A DNA stretch of 64,000 bases from positions 155,244 to 219,243 of the forward strand of contig JBAZSE010000002.1 of the NCBI GenBank assembly GCA_041662565.1. The letters run 5' to 3'. Positions within the stretch are counted from its first letter, which is position 1. The number at the start of each line of letters is the position of its first letter. Of the stretch, positions 30,201 through 39,550 are shown piece by piece. Source of the stretch: Patescibacteria group bacterium. Its GTDB lineage: Bacteria; Patescibacteriota; Patescibacteriia; UBA1558; UBA10009. The notes under the pieces are model-generated. The model saw only the letters and a list, made by a program, of their open reading frames with translations, did not search any database and was not told the origin of the DNA. A program made the translations under genes and the position numbers.

Positions 30201-31379
30201 CTATCTTAAAAACCCCTCCAAATACCCTTGATTAATAACCTTTAAGGCCTCCAAAGGTATAATTAAATTTTGTCCAAAATTATTGTTAGTTAATTGGTCT
30301 AATTTAATTGCCTGTTCTAAATTAAAAGACCCAATAGCTGTTCTTTTTAACTCCCAGAGAACCGCGCCAACACCCAATTTTTGCCCAAGATCATAAGCTA
30401 AAGTTCTAATATAAGTACCGGACGAACATTTAACTTTAATATTAAAAATATCATCTTTTAAGCCCAAAAATTCAATCTTATAAATTTCAATCTCATTTGG
30501 CTTTCTTTCTATTTCTTTGCCTTGCCTGGCCAAATCATATAATTTTTTACCCCCAACCTTTTTTGCCGAATACATTGGCGGAATCTGTAATTGCTTGCCG
30601 ATAAAACTACTTAGTATTTCTTTTAATTGATTGACATCGGTTTTAAGCTTTATCGAGCTGAGCTCGATTAAGTTTTGAGCTTTAAGTTGTCCGGTTCTAT
30701 CATAAGTATCCGAAATAATTCCCAATTTGATAGTGGCTTCATATGTCTTAGGTAATAAATCAAACATCCCCACCATTTTAGTGGCATTGCCAATAGCGCA
30801 AATTAACAAACCAGTAGCAAAGGGATCTAGCGTGCCAGTGTGCCCTATTTGTTTTATTTTGGTGATGGATCTAAGTTTGGCCACCACATCATGCGAAGTC
30901 CAGTTGGATTCTTTATCCAGCAATAAAAATCCGGTCTTATCATCTTCATCGAGCTGAGCTCGATCAATGGCTTTGCGAAGATTCTTACCTTTGCAAAAAT
31001 CTTCTTTAAACGAAACTAATCTTTTAATATCAAAATGAAGTTTTGAATTTGCCCTTAAATCAATCAAACCTTCAACAAAGGCCTGTTGATCGTAACCTAA
31101 AGCAATAATATCCGGTTTTTCTTGAATAATCATTTTATACGGATCAACTACATCGCCTAAAATAACTTTATCAACCAAACCAAGTTTTTTTAAATTCTCC
31201 ACCCGATCCGCTTCATTAAAATATGATTCTCGGCCTTTAACTTTAATTACATTTTGGTCGCGGGCAATTATAGCAACAATAAAATCCCCTAGCTCTTTTG
31301 CTTGTTTTATTAAATTCAAATGGCCAGGATGGATAATATCAAAAGTTCCTGTAATTAATACTTTAGTCATTATTGACAA
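30201..31379 (-). CDS. truB: Fusion protein: RibL/FAD-synthetase-like cytidylyltransferase-fold domain (N-terminal) plus tRNA pseudouridine55 synthase TruB (C-terminal)
   Basis: The N-terminus GTFDIIHPGHLNLIKQAKELGD is the HxGH nucleotidyltransferase motif. The C-terminus DKESNWTSHDVVAKLR...GHTGTLDPFATGLL is the TruB catalytic region. Two palindromic repeat copies lie in frame. Confidence 0.75.
   Translation of the reverse strand: MSIMTKVLITGTFDIIHPGHLNLIKQAKELGDFIVAIIARDQNVIKVKGRESYFNEADRVENLKKLGLVDKVILGDVVDPYKMIIQEKPDIIALGYDQQAFVEGLIDLRANSKLHFDIKRLVSFKEDFCKGKNLRKAIDRAQLDEDDKTGFLLLDKESNWTSHDVVAKLRSITKIKQIGHTGTLDPFATGLLICAIGNATKMVGMFDLLPKTYEATIKLGIISDTYDRTGQLKAQNLIELSSIKLKTDVNQLKEILSSFIGKQLQIPPMYSAKKVGGKKLYDLARQGKEIERKPNEIEIYKIEFLGLKDDIFNIKVKCSSGTYIRTLAYDLGQKLGVGAVLWELKRTAIGSFNLEQAIKLDQLTNNNFGQNLIIPLEALKVINQGYLEGFLR
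30652..30668. repeat. Palindromic repeat copy (ATCGAGCTGAGCTCGAT) in frame in the TruB domain
   Basis: A perfect 17-bp palindrome that encodes IELSS. Confidence 0.65.
30948..30964. repeat. Palindromic repeat copy (ATCGAGCTGAGCTCGAT) in frame in the RibL-TruB linker
   Basis: A perfect 17-bp palindrome that encodes IDRAQLDE. Confidence 0.65.
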
Positions 31380-31439
31380 AACTCAATTATAAAGTAAAAT
31401 AACTAAGAATCGTAACAAATACACAAACTGGGGGCATCC

Positions 31440-31763
31440 ATGAGTACTTTATTGCTCTTTGCGCTAATCATCAAATACCTCAAAAAAAGGAAACTGATCA
31501 GCGCTGTGCAAAATCCAAAATGGAAAATGATCTCTCCCTTTTACCAAGGGGTTTTCTGTTTCACCATGGGATTTGCATTTCTCATTTTCGTCACTGGCGT
31601 GATCTTTCTCGCTGGTCACGAGGCTTTTGCGGGCTGGTTGATAAACTGCCTAATACTTGGCCAAGTACTATTGGCCTTGATCTGTTGGATCTATCCGAAA
31701 CCGATATTTAACATGTTCACCCGTCTCGGCCAAACCTGGCTCATGCTCAGATATGACTCATAA
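31440..31763 (+). CDS. Hypothetical small membrane protein
   Basis: Two or three hydrophobic helices. A hairpin with T-run terminator lies at 31783-31832. Confidence 0.35.
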   Translation: MSTLLLFALIIKYLKKRKLISAVQNPKWKMISPFYQGVFCFTMGFAFLIFVTGVIFLAGHEAFAGWLINCLILGQVLLALICWIYPKPIFNMFTRLGQTWLMLRYDS

Positions 31764-31829
31764 AGTCGGCTGACTATCACCTTGTCCGTCCTGCATCAAC
31801 TTAATGTTAATGTAGCTGACGGACTTTTT

Positions 31830-33929
31830 TTATTTTCTTTTTCTCAACAATTTTATTTCATCCCTTAATTTAGCCGCCAGTTCAAAATTTAAATTATCAG
31901 CAGCCATAATCATTTGCGCTTCCAAATCTTCCAACAAATGCTTTGCTTCTTCTTTGGGCAAACTCTTCAAATCTTTAATTTTTTGCAGATGATCTTCAAC
32001 AACCTTGCTTCTTAATTCCCCTTCTCTTACCGCTTTAATAATGGTCTGGGGCGTAATGCCATGTTTTTTGTTATAAGCGGTTTGAATCACCCGGCGACGT
32101 TCCACTTCGGCAATCGCGCGTTTCATGGAACCCGTAATATTATCGGCATACATAATTACCCGGCCATCCAAATGCCTAGCCGCCCGACCCATAATTTGGA
32201 TTAACGAAGTTTCACTTCTTAAAAAACCTTCTTTATCAGCATCCAATATAGCCACCAGCGTGACCTCCGGCAAATCCAAACCTTCACGCAATAAGTTGAT
32301 ACCGACCAAAACATCAAACTTGCCCAAACGTAAATCGCGCAAAATATCCAACCGATCTAAGGTTTCCACTTCGGAATGCAGATAAGCCACCTTAATTTTT
32401 TTCTCTTCCATGTATTCGGCAATTTCTTCAGCCAAACGCTTGGTTAAAGTGGTTACCAAAACCCGCTGTTTTTTCTTAACGGTTTTTTCTATTTCACCAA
32501 TCAAATCTTCCAACTGGGCCTTGGTTTTCCTTAACTCAATTACCGGCTCAATTAAACCTGTTGGCCTAATCACCTGTTGCGCGACAGCGGAATCGGGCAG
32601 ATCAATTACCTCTTTTAAATCCTGGTAATCAACCACTTCTTTTTCTAAAGCGCCAACCATTTTTTTGGTTGTTTTAACCCCGCTTTGACGGTATTCATAA
32701 GCCGCCGGGGTGGCCGAAACATAAATCGCCTGATTAATATGTTTTTCAAATTCCTTAAACTTTAAAGGCCTATTATCCAAAGCCGAAGGCAATCTAAAGC
32801 CAAAATCAACCAGTGTTTGCTTACGCGCCTTATCGCCATTGTACATACCATTGATTTGCGGAATGGTCATGTGCGATTCATCCACAAACATCAAAAAATC
32901 ATCCGGATAATAATCCAACAACGTGGCCGGTTGTTCGCCGGGCTCGCGATTGGTTAAATAGCGGGAATAATTTTCTATGCCGTTGCAATAGCCAGTTTCT
33001 TCAATCATTTCCAAATCATAATTGGTACGCTGTTCAATCCGCTGAGCTTCCAAAAGTAAATTTTTCTTTTTCAACTCCACTACCCTAGTTTCCATTTCTT
33101 CCCTAATTTTCCCAATGGCCTTTTTTAATTTATCTTCTGGAGTAACAAAATGTTTTGCAGGAAATATTTGAAAAGTTTTTAGTTTTAAGTTTTTAGTTTT
33201 GACTTCATTACCCGTTAAATAATCCACCGTTGATATTTTCTCAACCGTATCACCGTAAAATTCCACCCTTACAACCTCGCTTTTGGCTTCAATGGGAAAA
33301 ATTTCTACCGTATCGCCTTTAACTCTAAATTTACCGCGATAAAAATCAATGTCATTTCTTTGATACTGCAAATCGGTTAATTGCCTTAACAGTTTATCGC
33401 GCTTGCGGGTTTCGCCTTCGGTAATGGTAATTTTCATACCCTCGTAATCCGTTGGTGAACCCAAACCGTAAATACAAGAAACAGAGGCCACGATGATGGT
33501 ATCACGCCGAGTTAAGAGCGCATTGGTAGAAGCATGGCGCAAACGATCAATTTCTTCATTAATCTGCGTTTCCTTTTCTATATATAAATCCCTTTGCGGC
33601 ACATACGCTTCGGGTTGATAGTAATCGTAATAGCTAACAAAATAATGAACCGAGTTATTTGGGAAAAACTCTCTAAATTCACTAGCCAACTGGGCGGCCA
33701 AGGTTTTGTTATGAGAAATAATAAGAGTAGGCCGCTGTAATTGCTGAATTACATTAGCCATAGTAAAAGTTTTACCACTGCCAGTCACGCCTAAAAGCGT
33801 TTGGTGTTGATAACCGGATTTAAGGCCCCTGACTAATTTATCAATGGCCTGAGGTTGATCGCCGGTAGGCGAAAATTTTGATTTTAATTGAAAATCCATA
33901 GGTGATAATGGTAAATTGGATAATACCAT
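31830..33929 (-). CDS. uvrB: Excinuclease ABC subunit B
   Basis: PTGDQPQAI, Walker [11 protein letters not shown], and the C-terminal [10 protein letters not shown] UvrC-interaction helix. The start may be the ATG at 33899. Confidence 0.9.
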   Translation of the reverse strand: MVLSNLPLSPMDFQLKSKFSPTGDQPQAIDKLVRGLKSGYQHQTLLGVTGSGKTFTMANVIQQLQRPTLIISHNKTLAAQLASEFREFFPNNSVHYFVSYYDYYQPEAYVPQRDLYIEKETQINEEIDRLRHASTNALLTRRDTIIVASVSCIYGLGSPTDYEGMKITITEGETRKRDKLLRQLTDLQYQRNDIDFYRGKFRVKGDTVEIFPIEAKSEVVRVEFYGDTVEKISTVDYLTGNEVKTKNLKLKTFQIFPAKHFVTPEDKLKKAIGKIREEMETRVVELKKKNLLLEAQRIEQRTNYDLEMIEETGYCNGIENYSRYLTNREPGEQPATLLDYYPDDFLMFVDESHMTIPQINGMYNGDKARKQTLVDFGFRLPSALDNRPLKFKEFEKHINQAIYVSATPAAYEYRQSGVKTTKKMVGALEKEVVDYQDLKEVIDLPDSAVAQQVIRPTGLIEPVIELRKTKAQLEDLIGEIEKTVKKKQRVLVTTLTKRLAEEIAEYMEEKKIKVAYLHSEVETLDRLDILRDLRLGKFDVLVGINLLREGLDLPEVTLVAILDADKEGFLRSETSLIQIMGRAARHLDGRVIMYADNITGSMKRAIAEVERRRVIQTAYNKKHGITPQTIIKAVREGELRSKVVEDHLQKIKDLKSLPKEEAKHLLEDLEAQMIMAADNLNFELAAKLRDEIKLLRKRK

Positions 33930-34082
33930 TTTATTTAGATAATTTCAATCATTGAATTATTTTAAAAATATAAAAAAACCCACTGGACCAGATAAAAATG
34001 TTCTTTGAAAACACCTTATATCTAGTCCAGCAGGTCGGAAGTGTCTGAGAATCTAAGGATCTGAAGATCCTGGTCTCAAGAA

Positions 34083-34571
34083 CTATACTGGAGGAAGAGC
34101 GAAAACAACTCGGTCTTCGGGTTGAAGCTGGTGTTCAGGAAGGCCACTGGTGACATTGAGCACAGGGCCTTCGGCATCGCACTTGAGAGAGAATATGCCT
34201 TTGCATTCTTCGTCCAAGTCGAAAATTGGAACCATGGCGATGTGAACAGTCTCCCCGATTGGCTGATCCAAATACTGCAAACGCAGTTTAAGACCAGCTT
34301 CTGCTGGACATAGCAACAGACGGAGCTCATTGCCTCGCCTGTAAACATGTTCCAGCGGTGTTCTCTGAATGAAACCAAGTTCAGCCACTGTCGGGGCAGT
34401 CAGCCGAATCTTCTTCTTGGACGAAACTGTGAAAGCCGGGTGGCGGATCATCTCTTCGGCCCATGTCTCGATTCTGACACCGGCTTTTCGAAGAGCGACA
34501 ATGAAATCGTTGGCGATAGTTAGATTAGTGCCAAGTTCCACTGTTTGCCAAATCTTCAGTGATTCGAACAT
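34083..34571 (-). CDS. Hypothetical protein (orphan, about 50% GC)
   Basis: A 162-aa ORF with a GGAG RBS. No motifs recognised. A long hairpin follows downstream at 33970-34024. Confidence 0.4.
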   Translation of the reverse strand: MFESLKIWQTVELGTNLTIANDFIVALRKAGVRIETWAEEMIRHPAFTVSSKKKIRLTAPTVAELGFIQRTPLEHVYRRGNELRLLLCPAEAGLKLRLQYLDQPIGETVHIAMVPIFDLDEECKGIFSLKCDAEGPVLNVTSGLPEHQLQPEDRVVFALPPV

Positions 34572-34793
34572 TAATAACTCCAATTGGTTGTTTGCTAACT
34601 AGCTACTCTGTAGCCATAGCCAATAAACCTCAATGTTTAAGATCTTTTGGCTATGGCTACTTAAAAATTGCCAATAAAATTAAAAGAACTATTTTAATAA
34701 ATCAAAATATCATATTATTAATCATTTGTCAAGAATATCCAAAATTACTTTTAGTATGTATAATACTATTAACTAAATAACCTATTTGCTTAA

Positions 34794-35375
34794 ATGATCT
34801 CCTACCTCAAAGGCACAATCTTTGTTAAAAAGTCCAAATACCTGATTCTTTTAGTTAACAACATTGGCTATGAAGTTTTTGCCAGTGAAAAAACTTTGTC
34901 ATTGTTAAACGAATCGGCCGAGGTCTCATTATATATTCATCATCACATTTCCGAAACATCACAAGATCTTTACGGATTCATAAACCAGCCCGAATTGGAA
35001 ATGTTTAAAAACTTAATTAGCATCTCGGGTGTTGGCCCTAAAAGCGCTCTTGGCGTAATGGCCAGTGCCAGCGTGGAAGATATTATCCAGGCCATTTTAT
35101 CGGAAGACCCTGCATTGCTTAGAACCGTTTCCGGCATTGGCCCCAAAACCGCCGAACGCATTGTAGTGGAGTTAAAATCCAAAATTGGTAAATTAGGAAA
35201 AGAAATGAATATTCAAGACGCTTCTGTGGCGCCCAGGGATATTGAAACCATAGAAGCTTTAATCGGCCTTGGCTATTCCCGTAAAGAAGTTATGGAAGTT
35301 ATCAGACAAGTGTCTGCGGAAATTACAGATACTTCCGGCAGAATTAAAGGTGCGTTAAAATTACTGGCCAAATAA
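34794..35375 (+). CDS. ruvA: Holliday junction branch-migration protein RuvA
   Basis: The N-terminus MISYLKG and two HhH motifs (ISGVGPKSAL, VSGIGPKTAERI). Confidence 0.85.
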   Translation: MISYLKGTIFVKKSKYLILLVNNIGYEVFASEKTLSLLNESAEVSLYIHHHISETSQDLYGFINQPELEMFKNLISISGVGPKSALGVMASASVEDIIQAILSEDPALLRTVSGIGPKTAERIVVELKSKIGKLGKEMNIQDASVAPRDIETIEALIGLGYSRKEVMEVIRQVSAEITDTSGRIKGALKLLAK

Positions 35376-36404
35376 ATGGAACTTAAATTAATCAGCCAAC
35401 AAGAGTTGAATAACTTTGTTGCTACCCAGCCACACTCTCAATTACTCCAATCTTACTCTTGGGGCGAATTTAACAAAACTCTTGATCACCATCTTTGGCG
35501 CCTAGGGATTTTTAACAATGAACAAATAGTTGCTTGCGCTACGATTATTAATAATAAATTGCCTTTGCAAAAAAGCTATCTTTATTGCCCGCGCGGACCG
35601 ATTTTTAGCCAAGAACTTAATGAAGCAAAAAAAGAAACAGCTTTAAAATTAATTTTCAGCAAAACCCGCGATATTACCATTGCCACCCGCAAGAGCGAAG
35701 AAATTTTTTTCCGTTTTGAACCGATTTTTGAATTACAAAATTCAAAAATCGCCCCGAGCGAAGTCGAGGGGTCTCGATTAATCAAAACGAAATCCATTCA
35801 ACCACCTAACACTCTGATACTGGATTTAAGCCAATCGACCGAATCGCTCTTGGCCAGCTTTCATTCCAAAACCCGCTACAACATCAAATTGGCGGAAAAG
35901 CACGGACTAACCATCAGTAAACTAACGGCTGATGATTTTACCAAATGCTGGCCACTGTTCAAACAAACCAGTGAACGAGACACTTTTGGCCTGCATTCAC
36001 AAAGCTATTATCAGACCATGTTGACTACAGTGCCGGAAGTAGAACTCTGGGTTGCCAGAAACCAAAATAATGCTATAATAGCCGCAAATCTAATGAGTTT
36101 TTACGGTGATACGGTTACTTATCTGCATGGCGCCTCCGACTATCAAAATCGCAATTTGATGGCACCCTACCTCTTACACTGGACGCTGATTCAAGAAGCG
36201 CAAAGTAGGGGCTTTAAATATTATGACTGGCACGGCATTGCGCCAGAAAGCGAAACCAACCATCCCTGGGCCGGAGTAACCAGATTTAAAAAAGGTTTTG
36301 GCGGAGAACCAACAACTTACGCCGGTACTTATGATTTTATTTACGAAACTGGTTGGTACAAATTGTATAAAGTTTTCAGAAAAATAAACCGAATTATTAA
36401 ATAA
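35376..36404 (+). CDS. FemAB-family peptidoglycan interpeptide-bridge aminoacyltransferase
   Basis: The length and fold signature (LQSYSWGEF, two GNAT-like halves) fit the family. It contains an in-frame GC-rich motif. Confidence 0.65.
   Translation: MELKLISQQELNNFVATQPHSQLLQSYSWGEFNKTLDHHLWRLGIFNNEQIVACATIINNKLPLQKSYLYCPRGPIFSQELNEAKKETALKLIFSKTRDITIATRKSEEIFFRFEPIFELQNSKIAPSEVEGSRLIKTKSIQPPNTLILDLSQSTESLLASFHSKTRYNIKLAEKHGLTISKLTADDFTKCWPLFKQTSERDTFGLHSQSYYQTMLTTVPEVELWVARNQNNAIIAANLMSFYGDTVTYLHGASDYQNRNLMAPYLLHWTLIQEAQSRGFKYYDWHGIAPESETNHPWAGVTRFKKGFGGEPTTYAGTYDFIYETGWYKLYKVFRKINRIIK
35753..35778. repeat. GC-rich motif CCCGAGCGAAGTCGAGGGGTCTCGAT embedded in frame in femAB
   Basis: It matches the polA copy at 22 of 25 positions and encodes PSEVEGSRL. 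Confidence 0.6.
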
Positions 36405-36405
36405 C

Positions 36406-36507
36406 TACGAATTACGAATCTTTACGAATATACGAATCGACAGTTTGGGTAAATTAATGGTTAAACAAAGATTCAATCCCATATTCATATATTCGTACTT
36501 ATTCGTA
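36406..36507. repeat. Heptamer array: 4 direct TACGAAT copies and 2-3 inverted ATTCGTA copies in the femAB-downstream intergenic region
   Basis: TACGAAT occurs at 36406, 36413, 36423 and 36431, and ATTCGTA at 36491 and 36501. Confidence 0.65.
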
Positions 36508-36523
36508 CATTAGTAGTAAATAT

Positions 36524-37246
36524 ATGTTAAACAAAGTAGTGGTAGCGGCGGCCGGTAGAGGCACGCGCATGCTTCATTTATCACAAGAAAAACCCAAGCA
36601 CCTGATTGAAATCAACGGCCATCCTTTTTTGTATTACCTGTTAAATAATTTAAAGGCCGCCGGTTTTACCGAAATTATCATGGTCATTGGTTACAAAAAA
36701 GAGATCATGGAAAAATTTTTAAACACCTATGCCGGCGAATTTAAAATCACCATTGTTAACCAGTTTGATATGCTGGGCGATAAATACGGCACCCTTTGCC
36801 CCATTGAATGCGTTAAGGATTTGATTAAAACAGATGAAAGTTTTATCACGGTTTACGGCGATAACTTATATTCAATCAATGATTTAAAAAAGTTTTTTAT
36901 TGATGATGAATTTAATTATATTTCCGGCCTCAAGCATCCCGAACCCCAAAAATACGGCGTCTTAATTCGTGACGGTGAGGATTATCTGGATCGGATTATT
37001 GAAAAGCCAACGACTTTTGTAGGTGATTTAATTAATACCGGCCTCTACAAATTTACGCCAAGCATTTTTAAAAAACTACCATTAATCCAAAAATCTCCCC
37101 GAGGCGAATTTGAACTAACCGATGCCATTAATCTTTTGGCTAAAGAAAAAAGAGTAAAGATTAAAGAAATTGAAGATTACTGGCTGGATTTTGGCAAACC
37201 CGAAGATGTTCAAACCATTAGTGAATTTTTAAATCACGCTCAATAA
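36524..37246 (+). CDS. Sugar-phosphate nucleotidyltransferase (NTP-transferase family)
   Basis: The N-terminus VVAAAGRGTRM is the G.G.R motif of sugar-1-P nucleotidyltransferases. Confidence 0.65.
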   Translation: MLNKVVVAAAGRGTRMLHLSQEKPKHLIEINGHPFLYYLLNNLKAAGFTEIIMVIGYKKEIMEKFLNTYAGEFKITIVNQFDMLGDKYGTLCPIECVKDLIKTDESFITVYGDNLYSINDLKKFFIDDEFNYISGLKHPEPQKYGVLIRDGEDYLDRIIEKPTTFVGDLINTGLYKFTPSIFKKLPLIQKSPRGEFELTDAINLLAKEKRVKIKEIEDYWLDFGKPEDVQTISEFLNHAQ

Positions 37247-38541
37247 TGAAGTCGCTGCTCAAAAAACTTCTCCCCTCTTTTATGATCAGCTGGTACCATC
37301 AGGTACTGGCTATTTTAGCGATGATTGTTTACGGCAATCCTTCGGCCAAAATGATTGTGATTGGCGTTACCGGCACCAACGGCAAATCTACAACCGTTAA
37401 TTTAATCGGAAAAATTTTAGAAACCGCTGACAATAAAGTTGGCTGGACAACCACAGCTAACTTTAAAGTAGCGGATCAGGAATGGTTTAATGATCAAAAA
37501 ATGACTATGCTGGGGCGACTTAAAACCCAAAAACTATTATCCGATATGGTTAAAAAGGGCTGTAAATACGCAATTATTGAAACCTCTTCCGAGGGCATTA
37601 AGCAATTTAGGCACATAGGGATTAATTATGACATTGCGTTGTTTACCAACTTAACGCCGGAACATTTGGAGGCACATGGCGGTTTTGAAAATTATAAAAA
37701 AGCTAAAGGCCAATTATTTAAACATTTAACTAATCGTCCTCATAAAATTATCAACGAGCACAAGATAGATAAAACTATTGTCGCCAATGTTGATGATGAG
37801 CAGGCAGATTATTTTTTAAATTTTAAAGCTGATAAAAAAATCACTTACTCTATCAATAAAGTTTCCGATTTTCATGCGACTGATATTATATTAAAACCCG
37901 ATTCCTCGGTCTTTAGTCTTTTGTCTTCAGTTATTAATATTAATCTTATTGGCCAAGTAAACATCTACAATGCGCTGGCGGCCATTGCCGTTGCCAAATC
38001 ACAAGGCATAAGTGATCAAATAATTAAAAAGGCTTTAGTTGAATTTAAAATCATGCCAGGCAGGTTTGAATGGATTAATGAGGGTCAACAATTCAAAGTC
38101 ATGGTTGATTACGCGCCCGAGCCGGAATCAATGAAAAAATTACAAGAAACCTTGGCCATGTTTAAATTTAATAAAATAATTCATGTGCTTGGCTCATGCG
38201 GCGGCGGGCGCGATAAAGCGCGCCAACCAATCATGGGCACACTTGCCGCTAGAAAAGCCGATTACGTTATTATAACCAACGAGGATCCGTATGATGATGA
38301 TCCAATGATGATAATAAATAATGTGGCTCAAGGCGCTCTTGATGAAGGAAAAATCTTAAACCAAAATTTATTTAAAATTTTAGATAGGCGCGAAGCAATT
38401 AAAAAAGCTCTATCTTTAGCGCAAGCCGATGACTTGGTGCTTATAACCGGCAAAGCCAACGAACAATACATTTGCGTTGCCCGCGGTCAAAAAATTCCTT
38501 GGGATGATAGAATGGTTGTCAGGGCATTACTCAAAAAATAA
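37246..38541 (+). CDS. Mur ligase family protein (MurE-like UDP-MurNAc-tripeptide synthetase)
   Basis: The ATP-binding motif VTGTNGKSTT and the central and C-terminal Mur ligase domains. It is clustered with femAB. Confidence 0.7.
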   Translation: MKSLLKKLLPSFMISWYHQVLAILAMIVYGNPSAKMIVIGVTGTNGKSTTVNLIGKILETADNKVGWTTTANFKVADQEWFNDQKMTMLGRLKTQKLLSDMVKKGCKYAIIETSSEGIKQFRHIGINYDIALFTNLTPEHLEAHGGFENYKKAKGQLFKHLTNRPHKIINEHKIDKTIVANVDDEQADYFLNFKADKKITYSINKVSDFHATDIILKPDSSVFSLLSSVININLIGQVNIYNALAAIAVAKSQGISDQIIKKALVEFKIMPGRFEWINEGQQFKVMVDYAPEPESMKKLQETLAMFKFNKIIHVLGSCGGGRDKARQPIMGTLAARKADYVIITNEDPYDDDPMMIINNVAQGALDEGKILNQNLFKILDRREAIKKALSLAQADDLVLITGKANEQYICVARGQKIPWDDRMVVRALLKK

Positions 38542-38630
38542 ATTTAAAAATCATCAAAAAAAATTCCCGGACCAATAACTTAGGTCCGGGTTTTAGTTAC
38601 CATTGATATGGCAACTACGATTATGAAAAG

Positions 38631-39110
38631 TTACATCCTGCGGCGATCTTCGTTGCCATTATGATTGCAAGATCTGCCATCGTCCTGGCAAGTGTAATGT
38701 CCGCTTGGCGAAAACTTTTTTGTCCGACAGCATAAGGGGCAAAGCATGTAAGCTTTTTCGTAACCCCGCCGAACAACAAGCCAGTAGTAGGCCAAGCCAA
38801 TCAAGGCGATTGCTCCACTGATCATCAGCTGCTGTTCTTGATCGGGCAAGAATAGCGGCCATATTTTGCTCAAATTGAGCGTTGGTATCAGGTAGCTCAA
38901 AACCATGATGGCACAAGCCAATAGGATGTTTCTGTGGATGTTGAGAAACTTCCTAAAAAACTTATTGCCGTTCCAGGTGTTGCTGAACCACCTAGGCACA
39001 TTGACCAAGGCGGTCAACAACAAAAACAACCCGATCAATACCGGAGCATCCGAGGCCTTAGCCCAAATGGCAAATAACCCCAGAAGGCAGAAGTAAAGTA
39101 ACGTGCGCAT
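38631..39110 (-). CDS. Hypothetical membrane protein with Cys-rich C-terminus (orphan, GC-elevated)
   Basis: The start context AAGGAGCGCTTCATGCGCA resembles that of the gene at 6008. It has three or four TM helices and a CPLCC...C tail. Confidence 0.4.
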   Translation of the reverse strand: MRTLLYFCLLGLFAIWAKASDAPVLIGLFLLLTALVNVPRWFSNTWNGNKFFRKFLNIHRNILLACAIMVLSYLIPTLNLSKIWPLFLPDQEQQLMISGAIALIGLAYYWLVVRRGYEKAYMLCPLCCRTKKFSPSGHYTCQDDGRSCNHNGNEDRRRM

Positions 39111-39405
39111 GAAGCGCTCCTTAAATGGTGGACGAAAAATGAACAATTTAACCTACTCTAATACAAAACAAGCACTTTGTTAAGCCCTAAATATTTACAA
39201 ATAGCTAAAATAATGTTGTAATATAGCATTACTGTGGATAACTTCTTAATAACCCTCTTTTTTTGAAGGCAATTTTCCGCTAGATTCAGCGGTAAATTCT
39301 GTTTTTTAATTTCAAAATTTGACAAATTTTTTTTATCTATATAATGCGTTTTTCGCTAACTTTAGCACTAAAAAGGATAAAATGGTGCAATGCACTCGCT
39401 TTATC

Positions 39406-39434
39406 TTGACAAAAGTATTTAATTAAGGTATCAT
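39406..39434 (+). promoter_or_regulatory. Sigma70-like promoter (TTGACA-17-TATCAT) upstream of rpoB
   Basis: A perfect -35 hexamer with 17-nt spacing. Confidence 0.5.
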
Positions 39435-39550
39435 CCGCCTATGTTTTGTTCTCTGGCTGTGTAAAAAAAGCCGTTCATACCAACCCTTGATAGACCTAAG
39501 GGTTATATTTTTGTCTAAATTTAATTATTTTTCATAAATAACGATAATTT

